Of a DNA stretch of 64,000 bases, positions 1 to 8,006 are shown one piece after another. The notes below the pieces were generated by a model that was not told the origin of the DNA, ran no database searches, and worked only from the letters and a program-made list of their open reading frames with translations. Position 1 is the stretch's first letter. Every line of letters starts with the position of its first letter. The position numbers and the translations under genes were made by a program. The stretch is taken from sequence record LC727697.1. One strand, given 5' to 3'. The stretch is from Pseudomonas phage sp. 30-2.

Positions 1-56
1 ATAAGATTAATTTGCATTTACAACTAGGACATAAAAGGAAAGGGGCAGTTGCCCCT
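1..56 (-). repeat. Copy A of a 56-bp direct repeat, truncated at the window edge. It is identical to 585-640 and carries the palindromic motif half plus the GC-clamp hairpin (stem 41-56).
   Basis: Exact match of 1-56 to 585-640 read directly. Hairpin aggggc-agtt-gcccct. Confidence 0.8.
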
Positions 57-61
57 ATCTC

Positions 62-352
62 TTATTGTTTGGATAACTTCATTGTCAGCACTGCTACTTC
101 GAGGTCGTCTTTCATTACGCGCCAAAGACCGGTATGTGCCCAGACCACCCTACGTCCACTTACATACTCCATAATGGGACGTGCGAGCTGAGTAACAGTG
201 GTCATCTCTTCTTCAGTAGTATGACCCTTTAGTTTGAACGAAACTTCGATGTTCGGTTTCGTTATATGATTCACTGTGCGCTTACCGAGAACTTCGACAT
301 TAAACAGCGCTAGTTCTTTCTCGAAGCGCTTGTTCACAATCGACATATCCAT
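62..352 (-). CDS. hypothetical protein (96 aa)
   Basis: Minus-strand ORF. The stop sits 6 nt before the hairpin. ATG preceded by GGAGCAAGTAA. Confidence 0.55.
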   Translation of the reverse strand: MDMSIVNKRFEKELALFNVEVLGKRTVNHITKPNIEVSFKLKGHTTEEEMTTVTQLARPIMEYVSGRRVVWAHTGLWRVMKDDLEVAVLTMKLSKQ

Positions 353-366
353 TTACTTGCTCCAGG

Positions 367-504
367 CTAATGTGATGTGCGTCTTATCCTCGTACATGCT
401 AGCAGAGCAAGCATCGGGCTTGCAACCGAGTTCTTCGAACATACGCTGTAGGCGAACTTGGCACTGACATGCTCGAACTGTGCCTTTAGGTACTTGCGCT
501 TCAT
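367..504 (-). CDS. small hypothetical protein (45 aa, MKRKYLKAQFEH...)
   Basis: Hand-translated. Its stop is 12 nt upstream of the next ATG, whose RBS GGAG lies inside it. Below the ORF-track size cutoff. Confidence 0.35.
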   Translation of the reverse strand: MKRKYLKAQFEHVSAKFAYSVCSKNSVASPMLALLACTRIRRTSH

Positions 505-573
505 AGCAATTACTCCGTATAGCTACATATATGCTAACATCTTACCGCAGTAATGCAACAGGAGATTGACTTG

Positions 574-600
574 TGCAAATGCAAATAAGATTAATTTGCA
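574..600 (-). promoter_or_regulatory. near-palindromic intergenic motif TGCAAAT-GCAAATAAGATTAATTTGCA (arms TGCAAAT/ATTTGCA)
   Basis: Perfect 7-bp inverted arms with a 7-nt spacer. About 70 nt upstream of the next minus-strand gene. Recurs at least 14 times in the window. Confidence 0.6.
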
Positions 601-619
601 TTTACAACTAGGACATAAA

Positions 620-645
620 AGGAAAGGGGCAGTTGCCCCTTTCCT
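620..645 (-). terminator. GC-clamped hairpin followed by a T-tract on the minus strand (intrinsic terminator of 659-1114)
   Basis: aggaaaggggc-agtt-gcccctttcct, then TTTTAT in the minus sense. Confidence 0.65.
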
Positions 646-658
646 GTGTTAGCAGCGC

Positions 659-1114
659 TTACTTTTTGCTGCCGCCTTTGCTGCCGCCTTTGCGGGCGGG
701 CTTAGCTTCGGCTGCCGGGGTCTCCGGCGCATCCTCGGTCTGCGCCGCCGGGGCTTCTGCTTGCGCTTCTGCCGTTGCCTGGGCATCGGTCTGCGCCGCC
801 GGCGCGGGGAGGGGTTGCCCTTGTTCGCCGTTGCTAACGGAGTGCTTTACTGCATCCTCGAACGCCCGTGCAATGCGGATTGCACTGAACACGCCTTCCT
901 GTGCAAACTGCACCTCTACGCCGTTAACGGTAGCGTGCATGCTCGCGTTCCAGCTACGCTGGGTTTTTGTGCTGTAGAGCGGGAAAGCTTGCCCTACTAC
1001 TACCCCGTTAACTTTTAGGTCGAGCACACTTCCGACCTCCTTGTTAGCGGTGCGCACGATGCGCAGGGTGCCGATGTTCTCTACCGTTACAGCAGGGATG
1101 CTTACATTAGACAT
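659..1114 (-). CDS. GC-rich hypothetical protein with an Ala/Gln-rich linker and a C-terminal KGGSKGGSKK tail. Paralog of 18824-19528.
   Basis: About 65% GC ORF in a roughly 30% GC background. Shares the blocks VNGVVVGQ and VQF.QE.VFSAIRI with the 18824-19528 product. Confidence 0.7.
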   Translation of the reverse strand: MSNVSIPAVTVENIGTLRIVRTANKEVGSVLDLKVNGVVVGQAFPLYSTKTQRSWNASMHATVNGVEVQFAQEGVFSAIRIARAFEDAVKHSVSNGEQGQPLPAPAAQTDAQATAEAQAEAPAAQTEDAPETPAAEAKPARKGGSKGGSKK

Positions 1115-1496
1115 AGCTTGTACTCCGTTGTGTTGTTTATGTGTGTAGCTTACTAGGGATGCTACACTGTGTCTACTACTTTTTAAAAACTTTTATGCTT
1201 GCAAGCACATTGCTTGTTTGCATGTCTGTAGTGTGTAGGATTTCGCAGGTATTGTACAATTGTATATTTCTATTAAGACAGGCACGTTAATAGACGACGT
1301 CTTTTCTGCATTTTGCTATGTAAAGCTACAGGTGTGCGCATGCGCATGGGCCCTAAAACGCGCTACAAGCGCGCATAACAGCGTTTGTGCGCGTAGCTGT
1401 ACTAACGCATTGCTTAGCACTACTACGCAGCATACAGCGCTTACAGCGCTTTTAGCGGCATTGCAAATGTGAATTATTCTTATTCTATCTATTGTA

Positions 1497-1580
1497 GCAA
1501 ATAAGAATTAATCGCAATTACAAATAAGAATTATTTACATCACTAAATGCAAATAAGAATAATTATTATTTGTATTTGCA
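1497..1580 (-). promoter_or_regulatory. three degenerate tandem copies of the palindromic motif (gcaaataagaatta...)
   Basis: gcaaataagaattaatcgcaat, caaataagaattatttacat and gcaaataagaataattattatttgtatttgca, read directly. Confidence 0.5.
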
Positions 1581-1664
1581 ATGATAAAAGATAAAGAAAA
1601 AGATAAAGATAAAGAAAAAGATATTGAAAAAGAAAAAGATATTGATAATGAAAAAGAAACTAAA

Positions 1665-2009
1665 TTATTTCTTTCTTTTATAAATTATTGACTGAACGGT
1701 AATACAGAATATATAAGTCAAAACTGACATAAAATAATAACTTGTTATAAGAATGGTTATTATTAAACACGAAACAAATGTAGTTATATTGACTGGATTT
1801 TTCAATCCTATATAATATAAAGGAGTTATAAGTAAAAACAATAATAACGTCGTAAGGAACAACGAAATGGTTTGCATGAATATGTCGTGAATAAATGACA
1901 TTTTATCATATGAAAAATATATACATCCGACACTACAGCGAAATATATTAAAACCATTATACAATGGATAATGTCTTTTACTTATTATACTTTTATTATC
2001 AAACAACAT
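1665..2009 (-). CDS. hypothetical membrane protein (114 aa, strongly hydrophobic)
   Basis: ORF with multiple hydrophobic stretches. AT-rich, so confidence is moderate. Confidence 0.4.
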   Translation of the reverse strand: MLFDNKSIISKRHYPLYNGFNIFRCSVGCIYFSYDKMSFIHDIFMQTISLFLTTLLLFLLITPLYYIGLKNPVNITTFVSCLIITILITSYYFMSVLTYIFCITVQSIIYKRKK

Positions 2010-2416
2010 ATAGGTATTAAAGATAATCGTATAGGATAAAATAAATTGTATTTCTTAATACGTTTATGCGTATGTACATGCGTATGCAAACACATATAGC
2101 ACACTCATATTCGCATTTTATATTGCAATGCAAGGTTGAGATAAGAATCCAAAATTCAAATATAACTTTTGTAATATGATTTAGGAAATATATTTCATAG
2201 AATGGTTTTTGATATAAATGTAAGTAGCTAATTAGATATGATTATTGTATTTCATTTAAAAAGTGTCCAGTAAAATGTGCGACGAGGTGTTTCTAGTGAT
2301 ACATATCCTATAGAATATTTCGCTGTACTTAACCTTATTCTCTTATTGTTTAAAATTACTATGTATTCTGTCCATTTGCTAAGATAAAAAATTGATGACA
2401 TTTAACACCTACAATG

Positions 2417-2444
2417 AAAGGAAGGGGTTAAACCCCCTTCCTTT
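2417..2444 (-). terminator. GC-clamped hairpin aaaggaagggg-ttaaa-ccccttccttt
   Basis: Perfect stem. Immediately downstream of 2445-2672. Confidence 0.6.
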
Positions 2445-2672
2445 TTATTTAACTATTATCACTAATGCTATGAACACTATGCCCCATGCAATGTCTCCGT
2501 TAAATATAGCACCAATCCCGACAATGACCGAAAATACATCAATTAATGATCCTTTTCGTTCGGGCGACATAAATGCTGTGCATAGCAACAGTGCGATAAA
2601 ATACCAGATATTTCCAGTAACAATTGCAACAATAGAAGCTATGCATGCAACTATATTAGCAAGACCGCCCAT
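2445..2672 (-). CDS. small two-TM membrane protein (75 aa)
   Basis: Two hydrophobic helices. Stop abuts the hairpin. Confidence 0.5.
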   Translation of the reverse strand: MGGLANIVACIASIVAIVTGNIWYFIALLLCTAFMSPERKGSLIDVFSVIVGIGAIFNGDIAWGIVFIALVIIVK

Positions 2673-2673
2673 A

Positions 2674-3321
2674 TTATCCCCCTTGGGTCACGATGTATTC
2701 CCAATTAAGCCGGGTGACTCGACCGTCGACATTGCTGCGAATGCTCACTTGATCGTCGATTCCGCAGATGTTACCTTGTACATATTTCCATCGGGCAACA
2801 TCGTTGGGATACGAACGAAGGGGAACTACAGCCATAACTTCTTGCCCGAGATGATACCACCCGATGTCCAGATCGCTTTGCAAGCGGGCATATACGAGGC
2901 GAATCAATTCGGGACTAACAGACCATACCAAGTCTTTCTCTACATCCCACCACAAGACTGCCCCGCCGCGGATGGCCTTGCCGTCACTGAAGTAGTTACT
3001 GAATGAACAGAACTCGTCAGTAGTGTAGTCGAGGATCTCCCGACGATATTGTTCCCTGACCATCGAACCCGGTGCAAGGCACATACCATACACCGGAAAG
3101 TATCGGAAGAAGCAGCTCATGTTGCTTACTTGCAACGGCTGATCATCGTCATCGTAAACTTGAAACACCGTAGGGCTCGACTCGACTGAGCGGAAAGAAG
3201 AAACGAAGTTTTTAACACTCTCTTCGAATCCATCCAGCCGACCGGTGGTAGGACGCAACCATTTCAGCAGACCAGTGTTGTCCATGTCTACGTTTACGCT
3301 AAAAGAAAGATACTTAGACAT
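2674..3321 (-). CDS. hypothetical protein (about 215 aa, moderately GC-rich). Start chosen at MSKYLSFS.
   Basis: Long ORF at about 50% GC. AAGAG lies upstream of the internal ATG. The N-terminal 27 codons of the ORF-track call are doubtful. Confidence 0.5.
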   Translation of the reverse strand: MSKYLSFSVNVDMDNTGLLKWLRPTTGRLDGFEESVKNFVSSFRSVESSPTVFQVYDDDDQPLQVSNMSCFFRYFPVYGMCLAPGSMVREQYRREILDYTTDEFCSFSNYFSDGKAIRGGAVLWWDVEKDLVWSVSPELIRLVYARLQSDLDIGWYHLGQEVMAVVPLRSYPNDVARWKYVQGNICGIDDQVSIRSNVDGRVTRLNWEYIVTQGG

Positions 3322-3413
3322 AATATAATCTCTTATAAAAAGGTTATTTGGATCTGTTCTTGCTTTCGTGCATATTATTGCGCATATTGCTATATGCGTC
3401 AACAGGTATTTTA

Positions 3414-3866
3414 TTATAAAAATTTGTCAGTAAATGCCTTAGCAATAGAAGTACGAATGTTAATAGGTACCCATTCGCACATGAGCAAATCTACCATATT
3501 GCACGATCCTTCCATAGAGATAAGTTTTGTAGTTGTAATATCGTTATCAAAAAGATAGTGAAGATCTGGTTCTATATCGGAAATATTTACTTCTACCCCG
3601 CCCGAATTGATAAGAGTTAGCTGCAATGGCCTGTCAAAGAAAACACCTTCTGAACTAACTCTGTCTTTTATTTCATTAACGAATTCTACCAATTCGTCGT
3701 AGCCTGTGTAAAAGCTACAGAACCAAGTTCTACGTTCTATCTTCTCGAAATACAATTTTGCAGGAAGCTGCATAATTTCTTCGTAAACTTTTTCTACAAA
3801 ATTATCCGATGAAGTATCTACTTCAAACCGAATAAAAATATTACCATTCATTTTATGAAGTTTCAT
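3414..3866 (-). CDS. hypothetical protein (start at MKLHKMNGN)
   Basis: GAGG RBS 8 nt upstream of the internal ATG. Confidence 0.5.
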   Translation of the reverse strand: MKLHKMNGNIFIRFEVDTSSDNFVEKVYEEIMQLPAKLYFEKIERRTWFCSFYTGYDELVEFVNEIKDRVSSEGVFFDRPLQLTLINSGGVEVNISDIEPDLHYLFDNDITTTKLISMEGSCNMVDLLMCEWVPINIRTSIAKAFTDKFL

Positions 3867-3949
3867 TTTTACAACCTCGCATGTTGGTATCTTATATATT
3901 AAAACTATACATACTATTATGTGTGAATTCAAGCACTAAATTGTAACAA

Positions 3950-3970
3950 GTAAATAAGATTAATTTGCAC
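3950..3970 (-). promoter_or_regulatory. palindromic motif copy (gtaaataagattaatttgcac)
   Basis: Matches the motif consensus. Confidence 0.55.
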
Positions 3971-3986
3971 TTACACTTAACATTCA

Positions 3987-4015
3987 AAAGGAAAGGGGCT
4001 TAAATCCCCTTTCCT
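3987..4015 (-). terminator. GC-clamped hairpin aaaggaaagggg-cttaaat-cccctttcct
   Basis: Same hairpin family as 620-645. Downstream of 4046-4243. Confidence 0.6.
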
Positions 4016-4045
4016 AATAAATGTAGTTCACACCCAGTGGCGGCA

Positions 4046-4243
4046 TCAAACAGCATTGGTGATTGGAAGATCTGTATAATACTGAACAAGACGTTCAGTA
4101 TACATGTATTCCTGTAAATCTAAGCGAACTGCATTGTCTTTCAGTTCGCTATAGAAATGCTCACAGTTGAGTTGCTGCATTACATCAACCCATGCAGAAA
4201 GAATTTCTCTCGATGCATGTTCTACTCCGAGTGTGCTACGCAT
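4046..4243 (-). CDS. hypothetical protein (65 aa)
   Basis: ORF bounded by a cassette element. Confidence 0.4.
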   Translation of the reverse strand: MRSTLGVEHASREILSAWVDVMQQLNCEHFYSELKDNAVRLDLQEYMYTERLVQYYTDLPITNAV

Positions 4244-4316
4244 GATATAATCTCCTGCGTTGTTTTATGTACAACTACATAATAGCACATTTAGAGCTAT
4301 TGTAAAGCGGTTTCTG

Positions 4317-4532
4317 TTATAGCAACGACAGGTCTGTCGTGTTAATAGTCTTATATATTTCACTAAAATAAAGGATATCGTAGTAAGAACCGCGCTGGCC
4401 AGTAAACATATACGATGTCCCTTCATGAACAATAATAGAAGTATCCATGATCTCGGGGTTAATTTCGTTATCTACCGAAAATTCAGCGACAACACCATTG
4501 CTACGGTTTTGAAGAATGATTTTGTATTTCAT
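4317..4532 (-). CDS. hypothetical protein (71 aa)
   Basis: ORF in the minus-strand gene train. Confidence 0.4.
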   Translation of the reverse strand: MKYKIILQNRSNGVVAEFSVDNEINPEIMDTSIIVHEGTSYMFTGQRGSYYDILYFSEIYKTINTTDLSLL

Positions 4533-4814
4533 TTGCTTTTCCTCGTAGATAAAAGAGTACTTCTTTTCTGTTCAATGCATGATAAATGCACTATTGATAT
4601 AATATCTAGCAGTTGAAGTTTCTTATCAAAATTCTCAGCAAACTTAATCTTTAGACAAAGAATGAACTTCATCTTTGTTCTTTTGGTGCTATATGCTTAC
4701 ATTTTTATTATAAACTATTATAGCATGATTGTATTTTATATAAACAGAAAGTTTGTAACAGGTTCTGCAAATTCTAATTATTTGCGATTGCATATATCAA
4801 AAAATATAGAACTA

Positions 4815-5156
4815 TTATTTTTGTTCAAAGTATACCCAAACATATGCAAACTCGGGAGCTCGCATGATATGTGCTATAACTTTCTCTTTATTACAATTAT
4901 TTAATTCATCTACTTGTTTTTTCAATTGTTGAACAGCTTTAAATATTTGTTCCTTATTCTGAGTATAAGTACACTCAAAAAAGAATCCATCATTTAACTT
5001 TCCATCGTTATCAATAAAAGCAAGACCTACCATATCTTCGCCGACAACTATAAATTTGTCAGTGACAGGAATATTGTCTAGATCGGAAATTGTAGTAACT
5101 TCGTTGAGTTTCATAATTTCTCTTTTTACTACGAATATGTAAATATTATCTATCAA
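4815..5156 (-). CDS. hypothetical protein (113 aa)
   Basis: ORF. Overlaps the next gene by 11 nt. Confidence 0.45.
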   Translation of the reverse strand: MIDNIYIFVVKREIMKLNEVTTISDLDNIPVTDKFIVVGEDMVGLAFIDNDGKLNDGFFFECTYTQNKEQIFKAVQQLKKQVDELNNCNKEKVIAHIMRAPEFAYVWVYFEQK

Positions 5157-5340
5157 TAATATTGTCTACTTCAGACAATGCACGCATCATATCTATTACA
5201 GACCCAATTCCTGTTACAGTTACAACTAAGGCCATAAATACTATTATAGCAGCAGGTCCCAAGCCGTATTTGATAAAGATAGCATTAATTAATACTGCAA
5301 ACATAGACGGGACCAAAGCAAACAGATGTGCAAGATACAT
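5146..5340 (-). CDS. small membrane protein (64 aa)
   Basis: Two hydrophobic segments. Confidence 0.4.
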   Translation of the reverse strand: MYLAHLFALVPSMFAVLINAIFIKYGLGPAAIIVFMALVVTVTGIGSVIDMMRALSEVDNIIDR

Positions 5341-5350
5341 TACTACTTCC

Positions 5351-5554
5351 TTAGTACATAATGTATTTTTCTAGAATGATAAGCTCGGCAGTTGCATTAT
5401 CTTCTTCATAATATAGATTTGGCTGAGGCATATCACCCTGTTCGGAAAATTCGTTAATAAATGCTTGTCCTAGACGGAGTGGCTGACCGGATTTATTAGT
5501 GCTATAATAGTTTGCCTTCCATTTGGCAAAATCGCACATAGATAGTTTCTTCAT
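5351..5554 (-). CDS. hypothetical protein (67 aa)
   Basis: ORF. Confidence 0.4.
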   Translation of the reverse strand: MKKLSMCDFAKWKANYYSTNKSGQPLRLGQAFINEFSEQGDMPQPNLYYEEDNATAELIILEKYIMY

Positions 5555-5569
5555 AATATCCCCTGAATA

Positions 5570-5776
5570 TTATTTGTATTGTTGAACAGAATAATCATGC
5601 CACATTTGATGTCCTCGAATCCATTCGTTACGTTCATACGGCTCATTTTTGGTATACGGGCAGTCTGTATATTTCTGCCCTAGTTTAGCTGCATGAACAC
5701 CTTCGCTAAACGGAGAAAAAGATGCACGCTCGCACAGAAATTCATCTACCAGCATGTCTGTTGTTTTGTTACTCAT
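5570..5776 (-). CDS. hypothetical protein (68 aa)
   Basis: ORF. Overlaps the next gene by 8 nt. Confidence 0.4.
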   Translation of the reverse strand: MSNKTTDMLVDEFLCERASFSPFSEGVHAAKLGQKYTDCPYTKNEPYERNEWIRGHQMWHDYSVQQYK

Positions 5777-6095
5777 TATACACCTCTTGTTTTTGTTGTG
5801 TAGTTTCGCACGGTGTTTCTTTTTTATCAGATAGTGCTGCGTTACCTGCTAATCCCATTCCTACCAAACACAATACTGCCGCAACTACCAGCCCCCAGCT
5901 GGGACCAGTATTATATTTGTGCTTTTGGATATCCATTAACACATTTTCACATACAGCATACGGATCATCTCCACCGCATGCTATGCAATTACAGTATACG
6001 CTCATTTTATTTCGACCCCTCTGAGAATTGTTTGTATTTCTAATTTCTCTTCTTCTACTTCGGGTGTTGGTATAGCATATACAATTACTTGGCAA
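5769..6095 (-). CDS. hypothetical Cys-rich protein with a C-proximal TM segment
   Basis: CNCIACGG motif followed by a hydrophobic stretch. Confidence 0.4.
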   Translation of the reverse strand: MPSNCICYTNTRSRRREIRNTNNSQRGRNKMSVYCNCIACGGDDPYAVCENVLMDIQKHKYNTGPSWGLVVAAVLCLVGMGLAGNAALSDKKETPCETTQQKQEVYNE

Positions 6096-6277
6096 TTTTC
6101 ATTTCTTGGCAATTCTGCTTCGCAAGACTTTACAAGTTCTTTATACTGCATATATAACGAAGCAGACTCAGAATTCGACGCTAGGCTGTATCCTATCAGA
6201 ATGCCAGTTACAAAAAAACATATAGAAGAAATTATTAGTATTCTTTTAGCTCTGTGTGTATCAACATATTCATTCAC
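6002..6277 (-). CDS. hypothetical protein with an N-terminal TM segment (91 aa)
   Basis: ORF. Hydrophobic N-terminus. Confidence 0.4.
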   Translation of the reverse strand: MNEYVDTHRAKRILIISSICFFVTGILIGYSLASNSESASLYMQYKELVKSCEAELPRNENCQVIVYAIPTPEVEEEKLEIQTILRGVEIK

Positions 6278-6516
6278 AGAACTTCTCCTAGCTTACAGTC
6301 TACTGCCTCTTCAAATTCAGCATAAGACATTTGCTGGTTATCGAAATAAATAACGTCATGAACGGCATCATAAATGTAAGTATAAATGTTGCCGAAATAT
6401 TTAATCTGCACAGAATTTAAAAGTTTCTTTTTCAGCGACATAACTGCTACTCCTGCGGATTTATGAGTTAAATGTACTATGTTAACAAGCTACAGTCAAC
6501 TGGTATTTTTCTTAAA

Positions 6517-6538
6517 TTGCAAATAAGATTAATTCGCG
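6517..6538 (-). promoter_or_regulatory. palindromic motif copy (ttgcaaataagattaattcgcg)
   Basis: Matches consensus. Followed at 6555-6585 by an imperfect hairpin plus T-run. Confidence 0.5.
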
Positions 6539-6776
6539 TTTGCTAGTTAGCAGCCGCAAAAAAATCCCATCTAAGGGATCCTTTTGCCCAAAAACATTCG
6601 ATTCAGACATCTGTCTTTTAAACGAATCGAAGCGGTGTTTCGGCATTCATAATTATCATCATCATAATGTATATTTAATGCTGCGGCGGCATACTCTTCA
6701 CCTCCAGGAAGCATATAATAGTTTTAGGTTAATGATTCCTACTAGCACTAAGGCATATGCCAGTAGACCGTTTTAA

Positions 6777-7010
6777 GACCTGCTACAAAGCGGGGTAAAG
6801 CATAGATACATACAGTGTACCTTTGTAGCTGTCCCGCCTGTAGCAGCAAGGTCTAGCAGTGTCCAGGGGCAGGTACGTCATTGACCGATTTCCGATTTAA
6901 GGAAAGGTATGCTGCGCCTTCCACGTTACTAGACCTTGTACACCTGTTTGCCGCAGCCCGCGAACATCGCGGGCGGGCTGCTTGCGGGACGGTGTCTCCC
7001 GTTTAGTGTT
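6777..7010 (-). ncRNA. candidate structured non-coding RNA or leader (GC-rich, multiple nested stems, no ORF)
   Basis: About 58% GC island with no ORF. Complementary segments tgctacaaag/ctttgtagc, caaggtctag/ctagaccttg, cagcccgcg..cgcgggctg and cggga..tcccg. Orientation is uncertain. Confidence 0.35.
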
Positions 7011-7295
7011 GCTTACAATGCGTTATGCTGTATTGCTTTGTGTGTTTATAATACGTAAAACTATGCATGCTGTAAACTGAATTTTAAAACTTTTTGTGAT
7101 CTATTTTGTAACGCATGCAATGAAAATGAAGAATATTACATTGAAAAATATATAACTATTACAGACAAAATCTAATCTTTCCTTATAAAAAGTATAATCT
7201 TTATACAGTATCTGTTTATGCATTTTTATAGTTAATATATTAAAATATATCGATACTATTATAGATACAAATGCCTAAATACTTAAATAAAGCAT

Positions 7296-7484
7296 TCATT
7301 TCATCTCAACAAAGGCAAGTGCAAATATCATAAACGATATAACACATAGAATTACTCCGCCTATGCTGAAAATATAACTACCTACTAACCCTCCTAGCAT
7401 TAATCCTATTGTAGGATTATCTACCATAAATACGCCTAGTAACAGAACAATGATACCTATTACACTTGAAAGAGCTTTTTTCAT
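7296..7484 (-). CDS. small membrane protein (62 aa)
   Basis: Two hydrophobic helices. Confidence 0.45.
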   Translation of the reverse strand: MKKALSSVIGIIVLLLGVFMVDNPTIGLMLGGLVGSYIFSIGGVILCVISFMIFALAFVEMK

Positions 7485-7771
7485 AACCGAATTCCTTTAA
7501 TCGGGACAGATACTACTATGCATACACTGTCTTCTGCATTACATGCAAACATGTATTTCTTTTGTCCGTCATGCATTACACATTCGAACATTCCGTTAAC
7601 AGCATTATTGCAATTAACTTTCCCTGTTAATCCAAACTCTTCGTTTAGATATGTTTCTAGATCCTGTTCCATAATGAGGGTGCTCACATCTTTATTTGCA
7701 GAATCTGCTGCATAAGTATGAGCTATTACTGTGAGACCCAAAAATGCAACGAGACACAGTGTATTTTTCAT
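7481..7771 (-). CDS. secreted/periplasmic small protein (start at MKNTLCLVAFLGLTVIAHTYA, signal-peptide-like)
   Basis: Classic n-h-c signal peptide ending AHTYA-AD. Four Cys in the mature part. Confidence 0.5.
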   Translation of the reverse strand: MKNTLCLVAFLGLTVIAHTYAADSANKDVSTLIMEQDLETYLNEEFGLTGKVNCNNAVNGMFECVMHDGQKKYMFACNAEDSVCIVVSVPIKGIRL

Positions 7772-7943
7772 TGTTGTATCTCCATAATAAATGTTTTTGT
7801 ATAGTTGATTGTTGCGTATGTTTAATATAACACCAACAAATGCATTGCACAATATGCAATTATAAGCTATATAACGCGCTTTTTAACGTTAGCAATATGT
7901 ATGTATTAGCTATGCAAATTTATGCGTTATAAAGCATCTTCGG

Positions 7944-7964
7944 TGCAAATGCGAATTATTTACG
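7944..7964 (-). promoter_or_regulatory. palindromic motif copy (tgcaaatgcgaattatttacg)
   Basis: Degenerate match. Confidence 0.45.
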
Positions 7965-7980
7965 TTTATAAAAGAAAAAT

Positions 7981-8004
7981 AAAGGGGGATAATTCCCCCT
8001 TTAT
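7981..8004 (-). terminator. GC-clamped hairpin aaaggggg-ataatt-ccccctttat
   Basis: Perfect stem plus T-run. Downstream of 8007-8363. Confidence 0.6.
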
Positions 8005-8006
8005 TT

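Noticed and set aside
62-352. Assignment of the 96-aa product to FolE, QueD or QueF
   Set aside because: A few residues resemble a queuosine or folate pathway enzyme, but none of the catalytic signatures could be aligned, so it is left as hypothetical.
276-467. Numerous short plus-strand ORFs overlapping minus-strand genes (e.g. 276-467, 2392-3006, 4425-4904, 5162-5374, 5722-6043, 31523-31822, 34350-34589, 35060-36583, 37917-38123, 40070-40531, 41060-41808, 48038-48292, 51476-52221, 52913-53233, 54952-56805, 57236-57433, 60646-60960 and 62586-62936)
   Set aside because: They lie antisense to better-supported minus-strand genes in a genome with strong single-strand gene polarity. None has a family match or RBS support. 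Only 53294-54917 is accepted as a plus-strand unit.
6777-7010. Group I intron
   Set aside because: No recognisable P7/P3 core or flanking split gene, so it is kept only as a generic structured-RNA candidate.
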